Shown: positions 7,497 to 17,000 of the stretch, piece by piece
Position numbering within the stretch: position 1 is the stretch's first letter
Layout: the number at the start of each line of letters is the position of its first letter
Position numbers and translations under genes: made by a program
Notes under the pieces: model-generated
Database searches by the model: none
Seen by the model: the letters and a program-made list of their open reading frames with translations, nothing else
Told to the model about the DNA's origin: nothing
Assembly (NCBI GenBank): GCA_039030515.1
Contig: JBCCEA010000006.1
Coordinates: 47,352-111,351 of the forward strand
Length of the DNA: 64,000 nucleotides
Direction of reading: 5' to 3'
Source: Myxococcota bacterium
GTDB lineage: Bacteria > Myxococcota_A > Polyangia > Polyangiales > Houyiibacteriaceae

Positions 7497-9905
7497 TTAC
7501 GCCGCCATCGTTTGGACTAGGGCTTCAGCTTGTTTTAGCCGCGGTTCGGAGTCGGCTTTCTTAGGCATAACGACCTTGGAGCCTGATTTGAGAAGCAGCC
7601 AGAGTTTTCGCCTGGAGCTCGTATAGGCACGGTGGTTCACGGAATCAAAACCCTTCTTTCTGATTTGGTTTCCGATGTCTGCGTAGGCGACGCTGGCCGC
7701 CTGAATCGCGACCCGACTCTCCCAAGGAAGCAGGTGAATGCCTGGCTCGGCGCTGGCAAAGTAGCGATCTGCCTCTCTTAGAAGACGCGCGACAACGCGT
7801 GCAATCTCGGGTTTGAACGCCGGATTCTCCAGCCAGCGGTCGGCGTCTATCCCCTCTGATCGGAGCCAGTCACGCGGCAGATAGAGGCGTCCGCTTTGCG
7901 CGTCTTCGCCGACGTCTCGGGCGATATTGGTGAGCTGCATCGCGACCCCAAGGTCGCAGGCGCGAAAGAGCGCCTCGGTGTCTCGACGGCCCATCACCGT
8001 GCTCATCAAGACGCCTACAGTCGACGCGACTCGAACGCAGTACTCTAGAAGATCGTCAAGGCTCTCATACGGTCTGCCTTCTAGATCCCAATGAAACCCT
8101 TGGAGCATCAGGTCAAATACTTCTTTCGGAATGGCGTGCTCCCGTACCACCTTTCGAAGGGCGCGGTCCGCCGGGTGCGCTGGAGCCTGATCGGTGGGCA
8201 ATTCGGAATGAGCCTCCCCATACACATCGGCGATTCGCTTTCGGATCGAGTCGAGATCCTGCCCCTCGTCGATCGCGTCATCTGCTTGACGACAAAAGGC
8301 GTAGGTGGCGATCGCAGCCTTGCGGACTTTTGGCGGGAGCAATCGGCTCGCCAGGTAAAAGCTGCGACTGCCGAAACGAAGTAAAGATTCGCAGGTCGCA
8401 AGATCCGATGCTTCTGTATCAAGCTGGTCTACGTCGGGGACCACGCGATCGAGTACTCGCGCCGCCGAGAGCACTCCCGGTACACCTGCTCCTGGATGGG
8501 TGCCGGCGCCGACCAGGTACAGCCGATCCACATCCTCGCTTGCGTTGTGGGGCCGAAAGTATGCGCTCTGAGTGAGGAGTGGCTCCACTCCGAAGGCGGC
8601 TCCTCGAAAAGACAAATAGTCGTCCTGAAACCCTTGGGGCGTGAGGACAACCGACGCCTTTAGATGCTTGCTCAGGTTTGGCAGTAGGGACTGCTCAAGG
8701 TAGCGCTCGATCCTTGTTCGATACGCCTCGGCTTGGGTGTTCCAGTCAGTGCCTGATTCGAGATGAGGCACGGGGGAAAGTACGTAAAAACTGTCGTGAT
8801 CCGCGGGTGCAAGACTGGGGTCGGTTGCGGTCGGACGGTGTAAATAAAGGCTAAAATCGTCTGCCAGAACCTTCCGCTGAAATATATCGCGGAGCAGTTC
8901 CTCAAAGCGCGGGCCGAGAAGGATCGTGTGATGTGCGACGTCCTCGTAGCGCCTATCGGTACCGAAATACCAAACAAAGAGGCTCATTGAAGAACTCAGT
9001 CTTTCCAGGCGCCGATCGGTCCAGTGCCGACGGACGCTTGGATCGACGAGATGCTTGTAGGTCCAAACCGAGTCTGCATTGGACACGACAATATCCGCAG
9101 TTAGCGTTTCGCCGGAGGCCAACTGAACGCCGGTCGCTCGGTTCCCCTGGAGACAAATCCGAGTGACTTCCTCCTCAAGACGAAGCGTGCCCTGCTGCGA
9201 TTCGATAAGCTTTACTAGTCCATCGACAAGCGCTTTGGTTCCGCCCATCGCAAAGTGAACTCCCCACTTACGCTCTAGGTATGCGATCAATGTGTAAATA
9301 CTCGTGGTGCTAAACGGGTTTCCACCGACCAGCAGAGGGTGAAAAGAGAGCGCCTGTCGTACCTTCTCGTTCTTGATGTACTTTTGGACAAGGCCGGAGA
9401 CAGTTCGGTGGTTTTCTAGTCGAATCATGTCCGGCACGATCCGCGCCATATCCTGAACGCGCAGAAAGGGAACGTGCGCCAGCCGTTCGAAACCCACTTT
9501 GAAGATTCGCTCGCTGTGGGAGACGAAGGCGTCGTACCCCTCTACGTCGGACGGAGAAAACTGCGCGATTTGGGTTCGCATCGCTTGGGCATCTCCGCTG
9601 TAGTCGAAGGTGCTTCCGTCGTCGTATCGGATTCGATAAAACGGGTGCACTGCGCTGAGATCTACATCGTCACTCAAAGTTCGCCCGCAGAGCTGCCAGA
9701 GCTCTTCGAAAAGAAACGGGGCAGTGATCACGGTAGGGCCGGCGTCGAAGACAAAGCCGTCTTTGCGAAACACACGGGCCCGGCCCCCGGGCTGATCGAG
9801 CCGATCGACGATCGTGCACCGGTATCCTCTGGCGCCAAGACGAACTGCGGCTGCGAGACCACCAAAGCCCGCTCCGATAATGACTGCGTGTGGAATCCTA
9901 GACAT
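7497..9905 (-). CDS. crtI-crtB: Fused phytoene desaturase (CrtI) / phytoene synthase (CrtB), 802 aa
   Basis: First ~490 aa: IIGAGFGGLAAA, FDAGPTVIT, DDFSLYLHRP, LVGAGTHPGAGVPGVL (CrtI). Remainder: GSRSFYLASRLLP, YAFCRQADDAID, YCVRVASTVG, QLTNIARDVGEDAQSGRLYLP (CrtB). No stop between the halves. Confidence 0.92.
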   Translation of the reverse strand: MSRIPHAVIIGAGFGGLAAAVRLGARGYRCTIVDRLDQPGGRARVFRKDGFVFDAGPTVITAPFLFEELWQLCGRTLSDDVDLSAVHPFYRIRYDDGSTFDYSGDAQAMRTQIAQFSPSDVEGYDAFVSHSERIFKVGFERLAHVPFLRVQDMARIVPDMIRLENHRTVSGLVQKYIKNEKVRQALSFHPLLVGGNPFSTTSIYTLIAYLERKWGVHFAMGGTKALVDGLVKLIESQQGTLRLEEEVTRICLQGNRATGVQLASGETLTADIVVSNADSVWTYKHLVDPSVRRHWTDRRLERLSSSMSLFVWYFGTDRRYEDVAHHTILLGPRFEELLRDIFQRKVLADDFSLYLHRPTATDPSLAPADHDSFYVLSPVPHLESGTDWNTQAEAYRTRIERYLEQSLLPNLSKHLKASVVLTPQGFQDDYLSFRGAAFGVEPLLTQSAYFRPHNASEDVDRLYLVGAGTHPGAGVPGVLSAARVLDRVVPDVDQLDTEASDLATCESLLRFGSRSFYLASRLLPPKVRKAAIATYAFCRQADDAIDEGQDLDSIRKRIADVYGEAHSELPTDQAPAHPADRALRKVVREHAIPKEVFDLMLQGFHWDLEGRPYESLDDLLEYCVRVASTVGVLMSTVMGRRDTEALFRACDLGVAMQLTNIARDVGEDAQSGRLYLPRDWLRSEGIDADRWLENPAFKPEIARVVARLLREADRYFASAEPGIHLLPWESRVAIQAASVAYADIGNQIRKKGFDSVNHRAYTSSRRKLWLLLKSGSKVVMPKKADSEPRLKQAEALVQTMAA

Positions 9906-10111
9906 ATCGAATACCTATAGTGCCGTAGAACTCGCTGGAAAAGTGGGCTCAGCGACCCAACCAAAGAAGCCGTCTACCCTCCCTTGAGTCTGCCAAACCC
10001 TAGCTCGGCGTGCAGAGTGACGGCCCGGTCAGCCAGCGGCGCTTTCGCGAGAAGTACGAACCTGCTACCACGCTCGCAAACCACACGAAACGCCGAGGCA
10101 ATATTGGAACA

Positions 10112-10879
10112 ATGCAGCCGTTAGTAGGTCCACCGCTCATCGCGAAATTGCGCTCCGGTCCCGGGCGAGTCCGGAGGTCCAGCGGGCGCCTCACCCGAGC
10201 TGCGCTTTTTGCGCTGGAAACGATATCGGATCTACGCTCCGCTCGGTTTCCAGTCGGGGTTCAGGAAAAAGCGAGGCGGCTCTCTTGGGTGACCGAAAAC
10301 ATGTGTGCGCTACACGGCATACAGGTGGTTTGCGAGGGCTCCGTGCCTGATGGTCCCGTGGTCGTCGCTTCGAATCACCTAAGCTACATCGACCCGCTCG
10401 CGATCTGTTCGCTCTTGCCGTGCGTGCCGATCGCAAAACGGGAAATCGCTGGATGGCCCGTACTTGGCGACGTGTTTTCAGGCCTTGGGTTGCTGCTCGT
10501 CGATCGCGACTGCGCGCTGAGTGGTGCGCGCGTCCTTTTGCAGTCGCGGGGAGTCTTACGAGATCAAGCGTCTGTACTGACCTTCCCAGAGGGCACGACG
10601 ACCGACGGCACAGACGTGTTGCCGTTTCGTCGAGGCATTTTCGGCCTAGCTCAAATAGAGAACGTGCCTGTCGTTCCGGTGGGTGTGCGTTACGATTCTG
10701 CGGAACTTTGCTGGATAGGGGGCGATACCTTCGTGCCCCACTACGTGAAAACCACGTCTCGCGACTCGACCCAGGTCCGAGTCGTCTTTGGGGCACCGAT
10801 CGATCCTCGCTCGTTTCCCACCGCACAAGCGCTCGCTGAGTGCGTCCGGCAGCAGGTGCGCGCTATGATCACGAGCTGA
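10112..10879 (+). CDS. Lysophospholipid/lyso-ornithine-lipid acyltransferase (PlsC/OlsA family)
   Basis: NHLSYID (HxxxxD), IAKREI, FPEGTT, PFRRG, PVVPV. Start uncertain (GTG 10010 or ATG 10112). Confidence 0.85.
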   Translation: MQPLVGPPLIAKLRSGPGRVRRSSGRLTRAALFALETISDLRSARFPVGVQEKARRLSWVTENMCALHGIQVVCEGSVPDGPVVVASNHLSYIDPLAICSLLPCVPIAKREIAGWPVLGDVFSGLGLLLVDRDCALSGARVLLQSRGVLRDQASVLTFPEGTTTDGTDVLPFRRGIFGLAQIENVPVVPVGVRYDSAELCWIGGDTFVPHYVKTTSRDSTQVRVVFGAPIDPRSFPTAQALAECVRQQVRAMITS

Positions 10880-10880
10880 C

Positions 10881-10922
10881 TCCCATCGAGTCAGGCAGAC
10901 ATTCCCATCGAGTCAGAAAGAC
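10881..10922. repeat. 22-bp tandem duplication between the acyltransferase and the M14 peptidase
   Basis: tcccatcgagtcag(gc/aa)agac at 10881 and 10903. Confidence 0.85.
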
Positions 10923-10923
10923 T

Positions 10924-11949
10924 ATGCGCACGAGCTTGCCGGAACTGGAGCTTTACGAAACGATCTTAGGCCGGCTTGGCTCCCGCGCTCGGGTCGAAGT
11001 CATGGATCGCGTGCGCTACCGAGGGGAGGAATTGCCTCTTTACGGTACGGTACTCGGCAGTTCCGATCCGAACGTACCTACCTTCGGACTCGTCGGAGGC
11101 GTGCACGGGCTGGAACGAATCGGGAGCCGAGTGGTACTCGCCTGGATGCACACCCTTTCGGAGCTGCTCGACTGGGACGACCTTGTGGTTCAAGCGCTCG
11201 AATGCACTCGATTGGTGTTCGCTCCGATCGTCAATCCCTGGGGCCTTTTGCTGCGAAAGCGAAGCAACGTTTCAGGAGTCGACCTCATGCGAAATGCGCC
11301 TCCTCACGAGCAAGGCCGGGGAAGCCTCTTGGTGGGAGGCCAGCGCATCTCCCCGCGTCTTCCCTGGTACATGGGCGAGGTGGGGGCTCCTATGCAACCT
11401 GAAGCGCGCGCACTTTGCGACTTTATACGCAAGCATGTGTTCCCCGGCCGCCCGTCGATCGTGCTCGATTGTCACTCGGGCTTTGGCTTCAAGGACCGAC
11501 TCTGGTTTCCCTACGCACGCACCCGGCGCCCCTTTCCCCACCTGGCGGAGGTGTATGCGCTCAACAGGCTATTCGACGCGACGCTGCCCAATCACGTGTA
11601 TCGATTTGAGCCTCAGGCCCGTAACTACACCGTTCGCGGGGATCTCTGGGATTACCTCCACGATCAACATCAGGATTCCGAGCACCGCGATGCAACCTTC
11701 TTGCCGCTGACGTTAGAGATGGGCTCCTGGCGGTGGGTCAAGAAGAATCCAAGACAGATCCTCACCGCGCTCGGCGGTTTCAATCCGGTCAAGCCACACC
11801 GCCTGCGTCGAACCCTGCGGCGCCATGTTCAGCTGTTCGACTTTCTGTACCGCGCTACGGCTAGTTCTCGTCGATGGCTCAGCGAAGACCCTGAGGTTCG
11901 CGAAAGTCGAGAGGCCGAAGCGTTCCGCCTGTGGTTCTCTCGGTCGTAG
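10924..11949 (+). CDS. M14 family zinc carboxypeptidase (DUF2817-like)
   Basis: GGVHGLE (HxxE), VNPWG, RSN-GVDLMRN, LDCHSG, LTLEMG; start placed at ATG 10924. Confidence 0.85.
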   Translation: MRTSLPELELYETILGRLGSRARVEVMDRVRYRGEELPLYGTVLGSSDPNVPTFGLVGGVHGLERIGSRVVLAWMHTLSELLDWDDLVVQALECTRLVFAPIVNPWGLLLRKRSNVSGVDLMRNAPPHEQGRGSLLVGGQRISPRLPWYMGEVGAPMQPEARALCDFIRKHVFPGRPSIVLDCHSGFGFKDRLWFPYARTRRPFPHLAEVYALNRLFDATLPNHVYRFEPQARNYTVRGDLWDYLHDQHQDSEHRDATFLPLTLEMGSWRWVKKNPRQILTALGGFNPVKPHRLRRTLRRHVQLFDFLYRATASSRRWLSEDPEVRESREAEAFRLWFSRS

Positions 11950-12089
11950 GGACGCCGCGCGGACTCCAGTCGAATTAACCCTCTGCTCAAAGCGGACTGA
12001 TATGTGCCACTCATCCTCATCACACTCGAGCGTCTCTCAAATACCTGTGCTGCCGCCGTCTTGTCGCAGCGAACAAAGGAGCTTTCAAG

Positions 12090-12932
12090 ATGCGTGCTGA
12101 CTCCGAAGAAAGGGCTGCCAAGGGCGCCACTCGATCGGTGTACCCGGTTCACCACGATGCACTCCCCCCCGGCACGTTGAGTACGGGCCGTTATCTGCTG
12201 CGATTTGCCTCGGGCCCGGAGGATCTCGAAGCCATTCAGCGGCTGCGATTTGAGGTGTTCAACCTAGAGCTCGACGAAGGCCTGGATTCCGCTTTCGAAA
12301 CCGGCCGCGATGAAGACGAGTTCGACGCCGTATGCCACCACCTGATGGTCTTTGAACGAAAAAGCAACGCCATCGTCGGCACGTATCGCGTCATGATCGA
12401 GCCAATGGCCCTGTCGAGAGGCGGGTTTTACTCCGAGTCGGAATTCGATTTTACCGGCCTACCGGACTCGGTTCGCTTTCGGGGGGTGGAGATCGGTCGC
12501 GTCTGCGTGGCTCAGGAGCATCGAAATGGTCGGGTCATCCACCTTCTTTGGCGTGGCCTTGCCCGCTACCTTGACTGGAATCAGAAGCGTTTCCTTTTCG
12601 GCTGCTGTTCCGTGCCGACGACCGATGAAGGAGCCGCTTGGGCGCTGCACCAGCGACTGCAGTCTGAGGCGCAATTTCACAAGGAAGTTCGGATAGAGCC
12701 TCTGCCCGAACTCCGCTGCGCAGAATCTGCCGCTCCTCAAGCTCCAGCAGAAATACCCCCTATTTTTGCAAGTTACCTTTCCTTCGGTGCCCGGGTGTGC
12801 AGTGCGCCGGCCATCGATCGCGCGTTCAAGGTTGTGGACTTCTTCGTGATCTTCGATCTCGAAGATCTGGAACCGCGAGCCCGACGCAGTTTCTTTGATT
12901 CAGGCCGCTGGAAGATAGATCAGGCGAGCTAG
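12090..12932 (+). CDS. GNAT-fold N-acyltransferase, ornithine-lipid OlsB-like (Acetyltransf_5)
   Basis: QRLRFEVFNLEL, DEDEFD, VGTYR, GFYSESEFD, EIGRVCV, LWRGL, LFGCCS, PAIDRAF. Confidence 0.8.
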   Translation: MRADSEERAAKGATRSVYPVHHDALPPGTLSTGRYLLRFASGPEDLEAIQRLRFEVFNLELDEGLDSAFETGRDEDEFDAVCHHLMVFERKSNAIVGTYRVMIEPMALSRGGFYSESEFDFTGLPDSVRFRGVEIGRVCVAQEHRNGRVIHLLWRGLARYLDWNQKRFLFGCCSVPTTDEGAAWALHQRLQSEAQFHKEVRIEPLPELRCAESAAPQAPAEIPPIFASYLSFGARVCSAPAIDRAFKVVDFFVIFDLEDLEPRARRSFFDSGRWKIDQAS

Positions 12933-13032
12933 GGTGATGCCTTTACCCCCGGCACACGATTTTTTCTCTCGAGGCGTCAGTCGCTTTCGTCGATCGATGG
13001 GCTGTAGTCGACCAGGTCGCTTGGGCCAGGTC

Positions 13033-13926
13033 ATGCGCGCTTTGTGGAGTGTGGTGGCTTTGGTGTGTGTGACGTCTGCATGCGCCGGACGAACCCCGGT
13101 GCCGAGCTCAGCACCAGCACCAGGTCTCATCTGGTCGAGTCGAGCGCAGCAGGCGGTTTCTTTCGATGAGATGATCGCAACTCTGGAGTCGATGAACGTG
13201 GTGTACCTAGGCGAGCGCCACGATCGCCCAGAGGATCATCGAGTGCAGACGCGTATATACAAGGCTCTATCGCGTCGCCTGGCCCACCCCTCGCTTGGCT
13301 TTGAGATGTTCCAGCGGCCATTTCAACCGGCGCTGGATCGATGGTCCGCCGGGGAGATCGACGAAGCTGAGATGCTCGTGCAAACCGAATACGCCAAGCG
13401 TTGGGGATACGATTTTTCGCTCTATCGACCTCTGCTTCTCGAGGCAAAACGACGAAACGCACCGCTCATCGCTCTCAACGCCGCTGCTGAATTGACTCGG
13501 ACGGTGGCTCGAGGCGGCATCGAGGCTCTTTCACCCGAGCAGCGCGCCTCGCTTCCTGAGCTCGATTTGGGACAGCTCCGTCATCGCGATCTGGTTTTGG
13601 CAGCGCTGCGGGAACACGAGGGCGTGACCGAGGAGATGCTCGAAAATTTCTATGCGGCCCAGGTGATTTGGGATGAGACGATGGCGCTCGGCGTGGCGCA
13701 AGCCCTCTCCCGAGAAGATATCGGGTCTGTGGTTGTTATTGCAGGCATGATGCACGTGTGGGAGGGCTTGGGTATTCCCGAGCGGGCTGCACGGCGAGGA
13801 GCTACCCCCTACGCCACGGTTTTGGTGATGGATGCCAACAATCCCGAGATCCGCCTCGACGGTTCTATGGGAACGTGGCCGGCCGACTACCTCTGGTTTG
13901 TCGAGGACGCACTCACAAATGAATAG
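13033..13926 (+). CDS. ChaN/PhuW family lipoprotein (haem/iron-uptake associated)
   Basis: Lipoprotein-like N-terminus (VTSACAG), VVYLGERHD, LGFEMF, WGYDFSLYRP, AQVIWDETMA, VIAGMMH. Start placed at ATG 13033. Confidence 0.8.
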   Translation: MRALWSVVALVCVTSACAGRTPVPSSAPAPGLIWSSRAQQAVSFDEMIATLESMNVVYLGERHDRPEDHRVQTRIYKALSRRLAHPSLGFEMFQRPFQPALDRWSAGEIDEAEMLVQTEYAKRWGYDFSLYRPLLLEAKRRNAPLIALNAAAELTRTVARGGIEALSPEQRASLPELDLGQLRHRDLVLAALREHEGVTEEMLENFYAAQVIWDETMALGVAQALSREDIGSVVVIAGMMHVWEGLGIPERAARRGATPYATVLVMDANNPEIRLDGSMGTWPADYLWFVEDALTNE

Positions 13927-13927
13927 G

Positions 13928-13962
13928 CAGCGTCTGCTTTTTTGATGAAAAAGCGGACGCTG
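13928..13962 (+). terminator. Stem-loop immediately after chaN (possible terminator)
   Basis: cagcgtctgcttttt-tgatg-aaaaagcggacgctg forms a 15-bp stem with one G-U pair; no clear downstream U-tract. Confidence 0.5.
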
Positions 13963-14013
13963 AGGACAGCTTGGTCACGGTCTTTGGACGTTCCCTGGTA
14001 GACTAAGCTCGTC

Positions 14014-17000
14014 ATGACGAGCCCTAAGCGTATGGTCGGCCGTTTTGTGATCGACCGGCTTGCCGGTGAGGGTGGCGTGGGTGAGGTGTATCGCGCCCAC
14101 GATCAGGACTCGCACCAACTGGTGGCGGTGAAGCTTCTTGGTTTTGCAGGAGATACCAGCACCACTCGCTTCACTCGCGAGTCCGAGATGCTCGCCGAGT
14201 TGGAGCATCCCGCGATCGTACGCTACGTGGCGCACGGTGAAACCGAAGCGGGCGTTCCATGGCTCGCCATGGAGTGGGTGGAAGGCGAGAGTTTAGAGCA
14301 GCGACTTCAGCGCAGCAGACTCTCGCTCATCGAAACAGTTCAGTTGGGTAAGCGGGTGACCGAGGCCCTAAAGTTCGCGCACGACAAGGGCATCGTTCAC
14401 CGAGACATCAAACCGGCCAACCTGCTTTTGCCGGACGGTGACGTGCAAGTTGCCAAGCTGGTGGACTTCGGGGTCGCTCGACTTGGAAAAGCCCCCTCGC
14501 TTTCACTGACCGGCGCCGGAACCCTCATCGGCACCCCCAAATACATGGCTCCCGAACAGGCAAGGGGAGAGGCGCTAGATCATCGAGCGGACTTGTTCTC
14601 TCTCGGCTGCGTCCTTTACGAATGCTTGGCCGGTCAGCCTCCCTTCGACGGTGCCCATGTGGTAGCGGTTCTCGCCAAGATTCTGCTCGAGGACATCGTG
14701 CCTGTTCAGAAATATCGGCCGAGGATTCCCCAGGAACTCGAAGATCTGATCGGAAATTTGCTTGAAAAGGACCGAGACCTACGCCCGGCGAATGCGCAGG
14801 AGCTGTTCGACGCGTTTGAGGATCTAGGGGATCTTGACGACTACCGCACCGGATCGATCACCGTCCCGGGTGGACTGCTCGGTTTGACCCACAGCGAAAG
14901 GCAGCTGTCAAGTGTGGTGCTCGCATCTCTGGCGAGATCCAGTGACGTGGACGAGACCATGCCTGGTGAAGAAGGCGGGGTGCGATTCAAACGTCCGGTT
15001 GAAGTGGTCGAGTTCTATGGAGGTCGGCTTGAGTGGTTGGGGGATGGTTCCGCGATCGCCTTGCTTTCCGGACCTGGCCCGGCAACCGATCGGGCAGCGA
15101 TCGCCGGCCGCTGCGCTTTGGCGCTTCATGCGGTGATGAAAGGCGCCCGTATCGTGGTCGCTACCGGCAGCAGTGAAATCGCCGGTCGTCTGCCGGAAGG
15201 CGACGTCATCGAACGTGCAGTCTCGCTTTTGCGACGCGGGCGAAGAAGCGGTCCTACAGATCCCTCTGAAGTACATCCGATTTGGATCGATGGGGTCACC
15301 GCGAATCTCCTCGACGACCGCTTTTGGGTGGTGCCTCGAGGCGATGTCCTTGAGCTGACCGGTGAGCGGGAGCGAGATCGACCGAGAACTGTGCTCGGCA
15401 GGGTCTTGCCAACCGTTGGACGACGAAGAGAGATGGCGTTGCTGCTCGATCTGTTCGAGGAGGCGACGGCAGAGCGCTGTGCTCATGGGGCGCTCATCGT
15501 CGGCGATCCAGGATCTGGAAAATCGAGAGTGGGTTGGGAGCTTGCGCGTGAACTGCGCCGGCGGGAGGTCAAGTTCAGTCTCTGGTCGGTAGAGGGTGAC
15601 CCGATGCGCATTGGATCACCTTTTGGCTTGCTCATCACGCTCATCAGTCGGATGTGCGATTTACAAGAGGGAGAGCCCATCGAGAGGCGTCAGGAAAAGC
15701 TCTCAAAAACAATAGAGAAATCGCTTTCTGCTCGAGATGCCGAGCCGGTGCTCAGGATCTTGTCCGATCTCCTGGGCGCGTCACAAACGCAGCCCCTTCA
15801 GATTCAAGAAACCGTTGCGCCCCCTCCATCCCTGCGGGGTGAACCCGTGCGGGAGGCGATGCTCAGCTGGCTTTCGGGTCAGTGTCAACAGCAGCCCCTG
15901 GTACTGCTGGTCGACGACGTGCAGTGGGGAGACCGTCCCTCGATCCAATTTCTGGACACCCTGACCGAAGGCCTAGCGGAGTTTCCGTTTTTGCTCGTCG
16001 TGCTTGCCCGGCCTGAGTTTTCCAAGATGCATCCAGATTTCTGGCAGCACGGGGGTGGTCAACGTCTCCAGCTCGGGAAAATGGTACACAGAGCATCTGC
16101 CCGCCTCGTGCGAGAAGCTTTGCCGGAGCTAGGTCAGGCCAAGGTGGACTTGATCGTGGAGCAGTCCGGCGGCAATCCCTACTACCTAGAGGAGCTCATC
16201 CGAACGGTTGGAGAGGGCTGGGATACCGAGCTTCCTCGCTCCATTCTCGCGATGGTTCAAGCCCGACTGCATTCGCTGGACCCTCAGGCCCGACGCGCGC
16301 TTCGAGCTGCCAGCATTTTCGGCCGGACGTTTTGGGCAGAAGCGGTGCGTGCCTTAATGGGTGGAGCTCAGCCTCCACTGTCTGACCTCGAACGAGCGGA
16401 GTTGATCCGCCGCGATCATGGTTCAAGGTTTGAGGGAGCCGTTCAGTATCTCTTCGTCAGCGAGTTGGTTCGAGAGGCTGGCTACGATGCGTTGACCATC
16501 AAGGACCGTACCCTGGGTCACCAGCTCGCCGCACAGTGGCTGAGCGATCGAGGTGAGCGTGATTCAGCCTTGCTTGCAGAACACTATGAACGGGGGGAGT
16601 TGCCTCAGGAAGCACTCCCGCACTACCTGGGTGCCGCCAAGCAAAGCTGTCAGGGGAACGATTTCGAAGGTGCACTTCGCTATGTTGCGAAGGCTCTGAT
16701 TTGCCAGCCCGTTGGAGAGATCCTCGGCGAACTGCGCATGGTGGAGGCCCAGTCTCACTACTGGCGGGCGCGATATCGAAACGCCCTCGATGCAGCCGTC
16801 ATGGCACAAAGTCTCTTCGAACGAGGCAGTGCTCGCTGGTACCAAGCGGTTGAGTCGGCCATCGCAGCGTCCACCGGCATGGGAGATCGCGAATTGCTGC
16901 GCGATATCGTGGAATCTATGCTCGATGTAGAGCCGATGCCTGAAATTCTAGACGTTCTTTCAGCGGCTTTGGGGCGATCGGTGGTGGGTCTATCGCTCTT

